Source: Octopus vulgaris (lineage: Eukaryota). Taken from it: a DNA stretch of 64,000 nt. Positions 1-13,667 of the stretch are shown here, in pieces (the stretch's first letter is position 1; each line of letters begins with the position of its first letter). The notes under the pieces were generated by a model that saw only the letters and a list, made by a program, of their open reading frames with translations, had not been told where the DNA came from and did no database searches. The stretch lies in contig OX597822.1 in NCBI GenBank assembly GCA_951406725.2, positions 28,024,001 through 28,088,000 on the forward strand, given 5' to 3'. Position numbers and translations under genes: made by a program.

Positions 1-162
1 TAATGTTAGTGTTTGACCTAATGTGTTCCATTAGGTCGTGGTTGTTTGTGTTTATGGCTGTCAACATTGTTGGGGGGTTTGATGATGGTGTGTTTGTGTT
101 GATGTGTGTGTTTTCTGTGGATGTTTTTGTTTCGGGGGTGGTGTATCTTCCCGCTTTGTTTG

Positions 163-1923
163 TTATTTTTTCTTTTCTTTTTTTCCCCTTTTTCTTCTCC
201 CCCCTGTGGCTATTTGCCAATCTTCCGTGTCTTCTTCGTCTAATGACAAATCAGACGAATCGGATCCTGGAAGAGGGAAAATATTGGGGTCTATTGTCGA
301 CTGTGTTGATTTTGTTGTTGGTGTTGGTTGGTGAGCGTTTGGTTGTGGTGTATGCGGTTTTGGAGATGGGGTTTGGGTATTTTGTGTTTGAGTGATTGTA
401 GGTATTGTTGTGTTGTTTAGGGTCTCAATTTTGTGGGGATTTGGAGTTGTAATTGTTTCTTCATTTTTGCTGGGTGTCCTTTTGGCAGATGTCCTTGGTT
501 TGGGAGTTGGTATATTCTTGGTTGTTGTTGTTGGTGATGCTGCTTCTATTCTTGGTGCTGCAGTTGGTGTGGTTGGTTGTTTGGTGAGGTTTGTTCCTGC
601 AAAAAGTGGTGTGGGTAGTAAACCTTGTTTATTTGTTTTTGTTTCCGGCTGCTGTTGTTGTTGCTGTTGTTTTCTTGCGGCAGATTTGCAGTCTTTTTTT
701 AGGTGTTGCTCACTGCCGCATATGTAGCAACGTGGTCTTCTGCCATCGACGACCACATATAACTTGTGGTCGTCTGATACACATATCTGGGTGGGTATTT
801 TTTTTATATCTTCATGATGTATATATAGAAGAAATTCTACTTTTTTTCCCACCCAGTTTTTATGCTCTGTGACTGTGGTTTCCAAAATAGTAAAATTCGT
901 CATTTTTACGCATAAGGCCTTTACAAGCCATAGATTATTGGCTATTTTGGGGACATTGTTTAGAGTGATCTTAGTCACTTTCTGTCCCCGATAGCTTGGT
1001 GTAAGTTGGAGTTCATCTGAGTGAAGAGTTAGCGTTGAGAAACGTCTAGCTAACTCTTCGGTGTAGAAAACAACTTGTATGTGGGCAAATTTGTTCCACC
1101 AGGTCACATATTCTTTGTGATTCCAGATGGGTTTCAAGCACTTCTCTATTTTGCTTGTGTTAGCCTTCTCTGGGCTTTTTGTTTTTTTGTTAACTATTTT
1201 ATAAATGATTGTTCGTCTTTTTTCATCTTCCAAAATGTCTTCTGGTATGTTTATCTTTACTATACCATCTGATTCTGTTATTTTAATGTTCGTGTCCTGT
1301 ATTTGTTGAGCCGTAAAATATATTGTTGTTTTTTTTTCTTTAATCGCCTCAGCGAAATTTGTTGTTGTTTTGTTATTGTTGTTGCTTGTGGTGATGTTGT
1401 TGTTGGCTGCAGTTTGTAAAATTGGTGTGTTTGGTTCGATTGTGCAAGTAGGAAGGGGTGGAAAATTATTTTCGTAATTTATCCCTGTAGTCGGGCATCT
1501 TTTGACAATTTGTTTGGTTTTTACAGATTTTTGTTTATTTACTTCCGTTTTTGTCGTTGAAGTAAAACAGGTCTGAACGGAGTTGTTGTTGTTGTTGTTT
1601 TTGTTGGTGTTGTCAGTGGCAGAAGAGACAGCCGAGGCAGCAGATATCGAAACGGTGTCGCAATTATTGTTATTCTTGTTGTCATTGTTGTTGTTGTTGG
1701 TAGTTGAGGTAGTGGATGACGTGGTGGTGGTGGTTTGAGTATTATCCATTTTACTGTTAGCGCGTTTGTCGATTGTATTTTGCAAACTGGGAAAGTTTTC
1801 TTCAGAAAACATAGCAGAATATTTTTCCACTATAAGATTTCTTGACATTATTATTTTTTGTTTCAAGAGAAAAAATAAAAATAGATTGAAAATGCCCTTA
1901 TGGGCGATTTCTATATTTAACAC
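163..1923 (-). CDS. ORF1 (RRM-like + CCHC zinc knuckle) of an L1/Tx1-type non-LTR retrotransposon; likely ATG near 1848 (MSRNLIVEK); probably continues by frameshift past the window start
   Basis: 586-aa ORF with CYICGSEQHLKKDC (CX2CX4HX4C) preceded by VVVDGRRPR, plus T/N/K/P low-complexity flanks. Aligns by eye with the ORF1 relic at 47.5-48.65 kb (PSYRGQK vs PSYCGKK; KFAHIQVVF vs KFATV*LLF). Confidence 0.8.
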   Translation of the reverse strand: MLNIEIAHKGIFNLFLFFLLKQKIIMSRNLIVEKYSAMFSEENFPSLQNTIDKRANSKMDNTQTTTTTSSTTSTTNNNNNDNKNNNNCDTVSISAASAVSSATDNTNKNNNNNNSVQTCFTSTTKTEVNKQKSVKTKQIVKRCPTTGINYENNFPPLPTCTIEPNTPILQTAANNNITTSNNNNKTTTNFAEAIKEKKTTIYFTAQQIQDTNIKITESDGIVKINIPEDILEDEKRRTIIYKIVNKKTKSPEKANTSKIEKCLKPIWNHKEYVTWWNKFAHIQVVFYTEELARRFSTLTLHSDELQLTPSYRGQKVTKITLNNVPKIANNLWLVKALCVKMTNFTILETTVTEHKNWVGKKVEFLLYIHHEDIKKIPTQICVSDDHKLYVVVDGRRPRCYICGSEQHLKKDCKSAARKQQQQQQQPETKTNKQGLLPTPLFAGTNLTKQPTTPTAAPRIEAASPTTTTKNIPTPKPRTSAKRTPSKNEETITTPNPHKIETLNNTTIPTITQTQNTQTPSPKPHTPQPNAHQPTPTTKSTQSTIDPNIFPLPGSDSSDLSLDEEDTEDWQIATGGRRKRGKKEKKK

Positions 1924-2263
1924 AGGCTCAAACGAAAGTTGAGCGTTTGGAAAGTCACAATACTACGACAATGTGGAACGTAAATAATGGATACAAACGA
2001 GAAGAAAGAGAACAGCGTTCGTAATTTACTAGAAACGCTTCGCCGACATTATGTTAAAAAACAAGTTATTGCAGCCAAAATTGTGAAATATATTTGAGGC
2101 TGAAAATGCCCCTAGGGTCATAATCCCCTCCGGAAAACACACCCAGACGACAGCTGGGTGTCTTACACACTCCGTGTGCAAAATTTACAACGAAACTTTT
2201 CGAGAAACACAATAAAATAAGTAGTTAACTTACGAGTCGATCTGTCAACGAATACTATCAAAA

Positions 2264-2582
<319 letters not shown>

Positions 2583-2908
2583 AACTAGCTGCTCGTGAAT
2601 TAAGGTCAAAGTGCCTGAGCATTCCGGAGACACGTAGACTAATAGAGAAATTTTTCATGCAGAATTAGCGCGGCACGGGGTGTAACAGAGCTATAGCTTT
2701 TAAACGAGAAGTACTGTAATTTTGTCAATCCAGTTTGACTCAGGTGGTATGGCACGGAACACAAAACTTGTTGAAGACACTATTCAGCCCTACTGTGCAT
2801 ATAATGCACAAACCTCACACCCATCACACATACACCACCATACACACACACACATATATATATATACACACAATATGTGTATATATATATTTACATATAT
2901 GTGTGTAT

Positions 2909-2940
<32 letters not shown>

Positions 2941-2977
2941 GCATACATACACACATACACACACATATGCGCATACC

Positions 2978-3030
<53 letters not shown>

Positions 3031-3110
3031 ATTTTGAAACGCTCCTATGATCTGTAAGTAGATATTTTAAATCGATTTTAAAACTATGTTAAAAGTATTT
3101 TAATTGCTTA

Positions 3111-3205
3111 ATGTATTTCTAATGAGGAAAATGTGGCCATTTGTATTTGTTGGGAGATTAGCCCAATACAAACGCAATTTCCTGAAACGATCGTAAGGAT
3201 ATGTA
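3111..3205 (+). ncRNA. Degenerate type I hammerhead ribozyme motif with extended stem II, in a PLE-like fragment (about 3035-3455)
   Basis: CTAATGA(3119-3125)-GGAAA...TTTCC-T-GAAA-CGATCG-TA. Stem III is the palindrome ACGATCGT, triplet GUA. G5 is changed to A. Flanked by (TA)n. Confidence 0.5.
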
Positions 3206-3452
3206 CGTTATCATATACTACTGTTCATCTACCTTCATGGTTGACTTGTAATATTGGAATAATTGACACCTAAAAGTTCTGATGAAGCTACGTCTCCCTA
3301 TTTGGTATCCTCTCGATCTATATTTTAATATCGGTTTGCTACCGTATCTGAATTTGGATAAAGGATTTTGACCTATGAAAACTTGTCCTCCACATTACTT
3401 CATGTTATTATCTGTTTCTATTGAACGCTGATTAGTTTAACCGCAGTAAAGG

Positions 3453-3493
<41 letters not shown>

Positions 3494-3535
3494 TATTATT
3501 CACGCTATGCCAATGTGAAATATTAAAATATAAAA

Positions 3536-3738
3536 GGTGTGGCTGTGTAGGCGCAGGTGTGGCTGTGTAGGCGCAGGCGTGGCTGTTTAGGCGCAGGCGT
3601 GGCTGTGCTTGCTTCCCAACCACATAGCTCTGGGTTAAGTCTCATTGCGTGATACCTTGTACAAATGTGTTCTATATCCTCAGGTCGACCAAAGCCTTAT
3701 GACTGGATATCGTAGACGGAAACTGAAAGAAGCCCGTC

Positions 3739-3740
<2 letters not shown>
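3536..3740 (+). mobile_element. SINE family A, 5' half, with the 20-bp head unit tandemly repeated
   Basis: ggcgcaggYgtggctgtKta repeated 3-4 times, then ...gtagacggaaactgaaagaagcccgtcgt. Confidence 0.85.
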
Positions 3741-3806
<66 letters not shown>

Positions 3807-3892
3807 TACATACATATACGTACATACATACATACATACATATATACATACATATTTGTATATATGCATATATATACATACATATATATATG

Positions 3893-3933
<41 letters not shown>

Positions 3934-3959
3934 ATATTTATATGCACCAATTGAATGAA

Positions 3960-4450
3960 CAAATCCGTATTATTAGCTATGATCTCTCCCCACCACCACT
4001 CTTTATTCGTTTGGGAGAAAATACCTGAGAAAACATGTGATATATTCAGAAACTCAGAAAAAAGAAACTCGCTTTTGGCTTTCAATAATCAACCAGATTA
4101 CGTATTCAGAGCAACAATGAATTCTAATATATTCTCATCGAGCAGGCTTCCAAATAACATGGAAGCGTACTGTGATAGCTTGTAATATAAGGATATTAGG
4201 AAAAAAATATAGGAATGAAATTCAATTCTGAACACTAATTCCGCCATATTGTTACTTGAATATTAGCTTAGAGAAATATTTCGTCTCTAAAACCTCCGAC
4301 TTTAATATTTTTGTGAAGCAGCAGGCTTCTCGACCAAAGATTCTATAGGCAGGAGCATCCCTTATCCTTCCAATACCTGTCTGCTTCTTTATTTCTTTAT
4401 CCACATTTATTAAACAAGCTTCGAGTTGAACCGATGAATTGGTGCCATGC
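3960..4450 (-). pseudogene. Decayed RTE-clade LINE RT C-terminal fragment
   Basis: DKEIKKQTGIG...FTKILKS..LETK; LKAKSEFLFSEFLNISH..QTNKEW resembles RTE 'EIKRRI...LEAFEMW..RRMLRISW...TNEEV'. Confidence 0.45.
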
Positions 4451-4521
4451 ATTCGCAGGCGGTATTTAGAAACTGGAATAGAATAATGTATGAACTCTCT
4501 CTCTTTCTTTCTGTCTCTCTT

Positions 4522-4586
<65 letters not shown>

Positions 4587-5309
4587 TCTCTACTCGCCAG
4601 TATACACATTTATATTTGTATATACATATATATGTTTGTACGCGTGCGCGTGGATATGTCTACGCGTCTGTAAACACATGTTGATATATACATACATACA
4701 TGCATTCATACATGCACACATATATGCATATATATGTGTAGATGCTTCTATGAGAGCAAGAGAGGGGTGGAGGGAGTAGAGAATGGGGAGAGGGAGAGGG
4801 AGGAGTATGAAGAGGGGGATGAGGAGCAGGAGGTGGAGGTCGGAAAATCAAAGAATACATTTGAGATTGTTATCTTTTCGAAAGAAAGAGGAAAAAGGAG
4901 AATACCGCATCCACGGAATTAGATTTGTCGTTCAATAACGATAATTTCACACCAAGAGACATTAATGAGATGTGTATGCCGTTCCTTTTTCTAGCTTATG
5001 GACAAAATTTCATTAATTTTTGTTTCCGTTTCATCACGTACCACTGCCGATGACAACGATGAAGATGTTAAGAACTTCAACTCCTACCATCTGAAAACAC
5101 TAGCAAGTTACCGACAGCATACAAGATCGTTTTAAATAATGATTTCAATACCTCGATCAAAAAGTATAAAAAAAGTAAACGGAATTGGATCCTCAGTGAG
5201 CCAATAAAGTAGAAATCATAGTCCTGTCGTTTCTTAAGTGAGTGTTTTGGCATCTAAATAATCCTTTCTAATACAAGCACAAGGCCTGGATTTTGTGGGG
5301 AGGGGGACA

Positions 5310-5634
5310 GTCTATCATATCGACCCCAGTACTCTACTGGTACTTAATTTATCGCTCCCCCCATCCCCGCCAAAGGATGAAAGACAATGTTGACTTCAAA
5401 ATACCTATTTCTTTACTGCCTGCCACGGGCTAAACACAGAGAGGACAAACAAGGACAGACAAACGGATTAAGTCGATTATATCGACCCCAGTGCGTAACT
5501 GGTACTTATTTAATCGACCCCGAAAGGATGAAAGGCAAAGTCGACCTCGGCGGAATTTGAACTCAGAAGTAGTGGCAGATGAAATACGCTAAGCATTTCA
5601 CCCGACGTGTTAACGTTTCTGCCAGCTCGCCGCC
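5310..5634 (-). mobile_element. SINE family B (tRNA head, Deu/Nin-like core), full copy plus partial second copy
   Basis: Reverse complement of ggcggcgagctggcagaaacgtt...gagttcaaattccgccgaggtcgactttgcctttcatcctttcggggtcgat...aaagaaata. Confidence 0.88.
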
Positions 5635-6759
5635 TTGTAGCTTCCAAATAATGTTGAAGTAACCAAACTCCAAACGTCAGCATCACTTTGAATATGTCGT
5701 CACTCGACAGCGTTATAAATGTGGTTCTAAGAAAACCAAACTTCTTATTAGTCAGTCCAATGTCGTTAACGATTTTTTTCTCTTAGAAAATTCAAAATCT
5801 TGAAAACTTAAGACGAAATTGGTCCTAAAATAATTCCATAAAATCAGAAAATAAAAACGAAGCAACGTTTCAGACAAGACCAAAAATTGTTGAAGAATGG
5901 GTTTCACAACTAAGCATCAGCACAGAAACAATTGATAAAATGATCGGTCTTGCAGGAAAGAAGGATCGTGAATTACTTTAATGTGAGTAACGAAGGAATA
6001 CTGAATCGGTTCTTTGCAATAAGGGCAACCCCACATATTCTCTGCGAGCGCTTGAATGCTCTTAGGTAAAGTCAGAAAGCACTTCAGCATTATGTTCATA
6101 CAGAGAAACATAAAGACACACAGAAACACACACAAACACTAACACATACACATACACACACACACACACAAATACACATATACTCACACGCACATTCACA
6201 CAAATCCGCACGCACACGCACAGACAGACAGAGAGAGAGAGAGAGAGGAGAGAAAAGATGAGAGAAAGAGAGAGAGTGAGATATATATTGAAAGGTAAAG
6301 AAACGATCAATAACATTAGTTTGACGCTCATAGAAATGAAGAGAGTAGATCGTTATGACGTTTTGGATATATTTCTTTTTCAGAGTATGGTGTAATGTGG
6401 GAAACGAAACAGGAGAAAGAACGTAAATAAATACCAAACTCCAAATGAACATTTGGTTCACCGCATATGTCCATTTAATTCAGCACATTTTCCATGTACG
6501 AAATTGTACTCAGTTGATATTCGTTTATCAGTGAATATAACACACGATACACCTCAGTAGGACCGAAAAAAAAGTTACCTGAAACGAACCATAATGCTCA
6601 AATCCATGACGATAGCGGGAAAATATTTCGTAATTTCGAAATATTTCGTAATTGCAAATACAACATGGATATATACACATATGTATGCGAATATGTATGT
6701 CTGTGTTGCATATATAGCTATACACGCACACACATATACACAATATATAATATATACAC

Positions 6760-6816
<57 letters not shown>

Positions 6817-7101
6817 TATATGTATATATATACAATATATAATATATATAATATATAATCAAATTATTTATATATACACATATGTATATATATATATGTA
6901 TATATATTAGATTGTGTATATGTTATATGTGGGTGTGTATCTATAAGTATGTATCTAACTACCTATCTATCTATCGATATATATATCTAAGTTATATTTA
7001 AAAAAAGAAAAAGTTATATATATATATATTATATTTATGTATTGGTTTATGTCTATCACTGTTTCAGTTGCATATTAGTGGTTTTATCTCTAATTCATAT
7101 G

Positions 7102-7133
<32 letters not shown>

Positions 7134-7533
7134 TGCCGAATATTATTCTATGAACTGCCATTAAATGTTGCTGCTTAAACAATTTGGCACCGAATACTGC
7201 CTTCTAGGAATAAATAATTCTTTAATTACCTAATCGCTAATCATTAGTCAAAAACTAAATCAAATTCCATCGTGTTGGGATTTGGTAAAATTACGTAATA
7301 ATTTACAAGTTTAAATTAAACGGAATAAAATTTTGAGGATTATGTAAAATAAATATATTTACTGTCTTCGTAACAATTTTTCTCCTTTGGAATTAAATTT
7401 CATAGTTTGCAAGTTTCAGGGACATATTTTCTCTCAACAATAATTTTACGATTTAGAGAAAATTATTAAAAATATATAGTAACAATAACAATAAGAAGAA
7501 TACCAACAATGAACAGATTGATTAAAGCTTACA

Positions 7534-7853
7534 TCTTTATATATAAAAGTAAGGTTGTGTGTCTGTCTCCTACGATTTAGATTCCTAACTACTCCCACAT
7601 TTTGCGGTGCAGTTTAACCAAAACCGGGTATCTTATAGTCGAGATTCATATCGAGCCCTTCTGGGTATTACGCGCGTCTACGATGAGTCTACGATTAACA
7701 AAAAAATTTACCATCATTTTTTCTATTTTAATGCATTTTTTCGCTATTAAATAAGGGAAGTCACTCTCTAAAAATGTCTACGATGAGTCAACGATTTTTT
7801 AAAAATTTACCATCATTTTTTTTTCCATTTTTAATGCATTTTTTAAAATCTAG
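7534..7853 (+). mobile_element. Non-autonomous Helitron-like element
   Basis: A|TCTTTATATATAAAAG start, CTAG|T end, internal direct repeat with ~100-bp period (7677/7777). No clear subterminal hairpin. Confidence 0.55.
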
Positions 7854-7855
7854 TT

Positions 7856-10124
7856 AGAAATGAAGGATAAAGCAATCAATGAAGGAACTACGAAAGCATA
7901 TCAACATTCTAAAAAGAAAGAAACAAGGTGAAATCAGGGATAAGGAAAAATATCCGGAACTAGAACGATGATACAGAATCAAGATAAAGGGTCTTTGATG
8001 AACTGAAACAAAGACTCCAGGCGAAAGTTACAAAAAATTAAGAGATATAATGAAGAATTGAAAAATGGAAGGTGAATTGATTGTTCCAATAAGATCAGAA
8101 ATTGAAGAAAATAGGTTTTGTAGTATCATTTGGAAAGGTTCATAAGAAATATGCTTAATGATTAGGCGCAGGAGTGTGGTAAGCAGCTTGTTTACCAACC
8201 ACATGGTTCCGGGTTCAGTCCCACTGCGTGGCACCTTGGGAAAGTGTCTTCTACTATAGCCTCGGGCCGACCAAAACCTTGTGAGTGGATTTGGTAGACG
8301 GAAACTGAAAGAAACCCGTCGTATATATGTATATATATATATATATGCGTGTGTGTGTTTGAGTGTCTGTGTTCGTCCCCCTAGCATTGCTTGACAACCG
8401 ATGTTGGTGTGTTTATGTCCCCGTTACTTAGCGGTTCGGCAAAAGATATCGATAGAATAAGTACTGGGCTTACAAAAGAATAAGTCCCAGGGTCGAGTTT
8501 CTCGATTAAAGGCGCTGCTCCAGCATGGCCGCAGTCAAATGACTGAAACAAGTAAAAGAGAGTAAAGAGTAAGAGTATTAAGGTTGGCAAACAATGGAGT
8601 AAAACACGAGCAGACAAATAAAGGTTCCAAACTCGTCCGGATGGAGTACAAATGTACTGGCTGAAAATTTTTCCAGTATTACATAAAATAATAGCTGCGC
8701 AAATGGATAAAATAATCAACAGCGAGGTGGAAATCCCGAAGATGATGACAACAGTGAAAAAATACTTCTTTATGAAAAGGATTCTTGTAAAAGTAATACA
8801 GTGGATAATTATCAGCCAACCTTCTGTCAACGTCTGATGTGAAATTTGATGACACGAATAATATCGAATTGTGCAAATGATTTTCTTGAATTTAATTACA
8901 AGCTGTCAGTGGAACAGAAGGAATACAAGAGTAAAGGTCAAGGGACACAAGGCTAATTTCTTATAGACAGAATGTTGCTGAACGATTATAAGAAAAACTT
9001 ACTAATATGGGTATAGCGTGGATCGATTGTGAAAAAAAAGCTTATGACATGGTCCCCCATTCATGGATATTAGAGCGTCTTATGTTGGTACATACGTTTG
9101 ATAATATTTTGAATTCTTATCAGAAGGTTGGTAACGAACTGGAAAACAGTTACCATCATGTGGAGAAATTTTGGCGAACGTTAACATCATGAGAGGCAAG
9201 ATTCGGGGTGATAATCTGTCACCATTGCCGTTTGTAATTTGTATGATATCTTTCACATAGATATTACGGAAAGTGACATCAGGGTGCACCTTGAAATATG
9301 GGGTAAATTTGAATCATCTCTCGTATATGGATGACTTGGAAGAGAAGGATGAGGCCAGCAATTGGAGGTAGCTAAGGAAAAGTCATCTGAAAGGATGCAC
9401 AGAGATAGTTTTGCAGCGCTCAAAAGCAAGTTTTAAGAACTAATTATACAAAGTTCCACATAGAATCACTTCCTTGTAGGATACATTGCATCAAAAATGG
9501 AACGTATCCTGCAAATAAAACACATCTCACATACATATTGTGAATGAGTTTTACAAAGTAGCCCTAAAGGAATTACAAAAGGTGGCATGATAATGTAGTT
9601 AGGTATGTTCGTTAGAGATTGTGTAAGAAGCACGGTCTTCAACGGATATTGAAATAGTGTGAGCATAAGCCAGTAGGTGTCGCCGAGAATAATGAGTATA
9701 AGATCCTGTGGGATTTTATAATCTAGTGTTATTCAGTGATTGATGCTCAAAGACATTGTTGTAGTTAACAAAATCATAAAGCCAAGCAAGTTAGTATTTC
9801 CGAACATGAGGATGTCCGGATGCAGAAAAGGTGAATGTGAGCAATGAAGAAACGCAACTATCATCCCAGTAGTTGAAAGAGAATTAGGAGCATTAACAAC
9901 CAGGCATGAGAAATTTGTGGGAGAAATTGTGATTAACATGAAAGCAGAAAATATGAAAAAAATTGCTTCATGGGGACACAAAGAAATTTGAGATGAGTTC
10001 CTGGATGTTAGGTATCGTGCAAAAAGACTCTGTGAGACCATTGGGAAAAGGTTGCAGTTCGCTCTTATAAAATTAGTCAGTGGAGGTGAAATCGAGCAGT
10101 GAAATGCACAACATAAATAACCAC

Positions 10125-10125
<1 letters not shown>
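7856..10125 (+). mobile_element. Decayed R4/Dong-clade (RLE) non-LTR retrotransposon, interrupted by a SINE at 8165-8577
   Basis: PDGVQMYWLK, AWIDCEKKAYDMVPHSW, GDNLSPLPF, NHLSYMDDL, KILWDF, TIIPVV..LGA; ends at an AAT-type repeat. Confidence 0.85.
8165..8577 (+). mobile_element. SINE family A, full length (tRNA-like head, internal TA/TG microsatellite, AAAAGAGT-type tail)
   Basis: B box ggttcagtccc; near-identical to the copies at 25577, 37018 and 51623. Confidence 0.92.
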
Positions 10126-10530
<405 letters not shown>

Positions 10531-10900
10531 CTTTTTTATTGAGGCAATACCTGAAGGAATATTCAAAGTATTTAAATAATTCCCGAAGAGGAAACAAGGC
10601 AGACGTGGAAAAGAAGTGAAACTCTGATGAGAAGTTGTATTCATTTCTTTTTCAAAAAGTTAAACGCGATGGGGTTAACAAGAATGTCTGGGTAAGGCTA
10701 CACAGAGATGTGTTGATGAAAGAGACCCAGGGAATGACTTTGGTAGCACAGGATCTGTTTCTAAGGGCAAATATGGATCAAGAAAATGATAGCACAGTAG
10801 TAGTGTTTACCCAGATGTAGAATATGCGATAATGTTCAGAATGAATTTTAGCGCAGAAAGAATACTTATGTCCCATGGGGACTTTAGGCATCTATCTCTA
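10531..10900 (+). mobile_element. R4/Dong-clade LINE fragment (post-RT region)
   Basis: VWVRLHRDVLMKETQGMTLVAQD resembles 'W.WL...LK.ETEG...AAQDQ'. Confidence 0.65.
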
Positions 10901-12239
10901 AGTGTTTGTATTTTGAAGAGTATTAACTTTATGATTATGAGGAGGTTTTACGATAATATAAAGTAAATACACATACCTCATTTATTGCAAAGTGAATACT
11001 TTTAAATGTATAGAATAAATATTGTTTCATTTATTTATGTAATTTGATCATTTGTATGTACAAATAATTAAGATATGATGTGAAGCAATGTAGGATTTTA
11101 TGCGATTGTAACCTGCATTCAGATGCGTTATATATCTCTTCATACTGAATACTAGAGAAATTGAGAAGGTCAGACAGAAGGAACGAGTGGAATAAAGAAG
11201 GAAAGATAATCATAGAGTGACAGGGGTAACAAAGTCGATAAATACCATATAAAATTACGTTTGGCTTTTAAGTATTGAGATAGTAATCTCGTAAATAAAG
11301 AATGTGTAGCCCAACATCGTTAAATGTTTAAAAGTGATTGTCTACTGAAATATTATGTAACAGTATCATTGAAACATCTGTAGAGATGACAAACTTTCAC
11401 TCTTACCTTACGTCAAAATGCTGCATGCTGAGAAAATATTCATATGTAACTATCGATTTAATTACAAAAAATATTTCTCTGTTTGCTATTGAAACATTTG
11501 TCTACAGAAAGAGTAATTATTGTCACAGCTGCGGCAAGAACGCTATTTTGATGTTTTTAGCTGAAAATCAGCATGTTATGCGAGTAAATCAATCTTCAGC
11601 TTTTAAAATGTATTAATTGATAAAATGCCGCAAGTTACAACGTGTGGTATTATAGCAGTGCTTGAAGCGTATCTAGCAAATTTTTAATTAATGAATACTT
11701 TAATACTTTTCTCAACAACTTATACTCTTACATGGAGCTAAGTTCAACTCAGTGGTTTCATAAACCATCCGTCAGTCATAAAGTTTTCTCAATATCTATG
11801 TTCGTGAGTTGTACTGGTACCCATTTTTCCAGAGTTCAATGAGTCATTAAGAACTGCGTATCATAACAAGAATTCTGACCTTTAGTTGATGTATCAACGC
11901 TTTATGGACATTAATTAATATTTACATTTATTTTAAAGTTAATAAAATACCATAGTATTTTTTTGTCATTCAAAGAACATGGACAAATAAATATATATCA
12001 CTTATTAATCGTTTCAAAATTCTTTAAATTGCCTGAAATTTCTAGTCGACGTACTTACAAGATTTATAACTTAACTGTTGTATAAATATTTTTGTAAGAT
12101 TTTTAGTTCATGTCAGAAAAATAGATGCCATTAGGTTTTGGCAATTTAATATTCTCATCAGGCTTAATAGGCATTATTGCATATCTATTTTATAAGTGAC
12201 CAACAATGATATTTTAATATGTTTGTTGAAAATAATGAC

Positions 12240-13420
12240 CTATTTCGATATATTTTGATATAAAAGACTGCGTAAAAACAACTGCAACATAGACGTGTTA
12301 TATCGACTATCAAAGATATTTAATTATAATCCAAAGTGGCATTTCTAGAATTTTCTAAAAGGCACTGGATTCTATAATTTAAACTGTGATGGCAAGTGTA
12401 GAATTGAACACTCATTTCAGACATTCACTACTCTATTATTCTTAAATTATCATATATTAATCTATTGTTCTTGAAATGTCTTTTACTGAATATATCCTTC
12501 CAAACGCTCTTTCAATAAATATTTGTGCAATCACCTTTAGACGGCATAGAATCTATATTTGTTGAACAATTACAGATTCAATGCATTTATATATCCATAA
12601 AATATCCATAAACATATATATCCATAAACATAAAATATTTTTTTATATTACTATTGTCCATTCATCCTAATTTATTTTGTCATATCGCCCTCCTAGCGTC
12701 CTCTTGAGCATTTCTCTAGATTTGATGATGTAACGCAAAGCTTCTGAAAGAAAGTAACGTTTATCGTATAAGATTGATTTAACTGCTAGCAGTTATGATC
12801 TATTTCATTTAATTTATTATTCGCTTTGTTATAAACCATCGAAATTTTTCTAGAATGGCCTTTACAACCATTATGAAATCCACCAATTGCTGCATATCAT
12901 ACTTTTGTTAAGCAGTTACGTCTCAAGATACAAATTACTGAGTGGAAACTTTATTTCGAATCGGGTTTATGTTTCATGAATCTTTACGGAAGCACGACAT
13001 AATTTTAGAAGACTGGCGAACAATATTTTGACAGCGACAATTTAATTCTTTTGAGATCAAATTTCCTGATCAGTTGAAATAGTTCATTATTCTCATTGGA
13101 AATGTACAAATATCTGCCTTTTACAGTCAGTATCTGACAATAGCTCAGCGAAAGTCTTGAAGGAAATACACAAATGTTTTCCTTTCTTTCTACTATTTTT
13201 TTCTTGGCTAGCAGCGAGGCAAGCTAATTTAAAATCCTACCATTTAACAAATGCAACAGTATGGATCAAAACTAAAATTGAAGAATTAAGCATTTCACTT
13301 TTAGAAAATTGTATGGATGTCTCTTTGGATTATAATTAAATGTCGTTGGTAGACGATATAATACGTCTCTGTTGCATTTGATTTTACGCAGTCTTTCATA
13401 TCAATATATATCGAAACAAG
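12240..13420. mobile_element. DNA-transposon-like element with long (~120-150 bp) diverged terminal inverted repeats
   Basis: 12243-~12365 (tttcgatatattttgatataaaagactgcgtaaaa...ttataatccaaag...aattttctaaaag) is the reverse complement of ~13298-13417. Confidence 0.7.
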
Positions 13421-13667
13421 AATATTGCTGAAAATGAAGAACAATCAAATTCAAATATTTTCCCATATTTGAATCCATTTTCAGAGAGATTTAAACAAAC
13501 ATTTATAGAATTTCAAAATAAATTAGAATTTCTTCTTAAAAACAATTTTTTAAAAAATGTTTGCGTGTGACATTGCACGCTTCCTTAATTAATTCATCTA
13601 CATGCCAAGGGAGTTTATGAGTTATTCCCCGTAACTCATATTTTTCAGTTATGTAAATTATACTGAA

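Noticed and set aside
2100-2165. HDV-like ribozyme at the retroelement 5' end
   Set aside because: Only a simple hairpin is visible; the nested double pseudoknot could not be built.
3279-3300. CTGATGAAGC as a second hammerhead
   Set aside because: No closing stem II or GAAA downstream.
8165-8240. tRNA genes at A/B-box motifs
   Set aside because: These are heads of multi-copy SINEs and no complete cloverleaf is evident.
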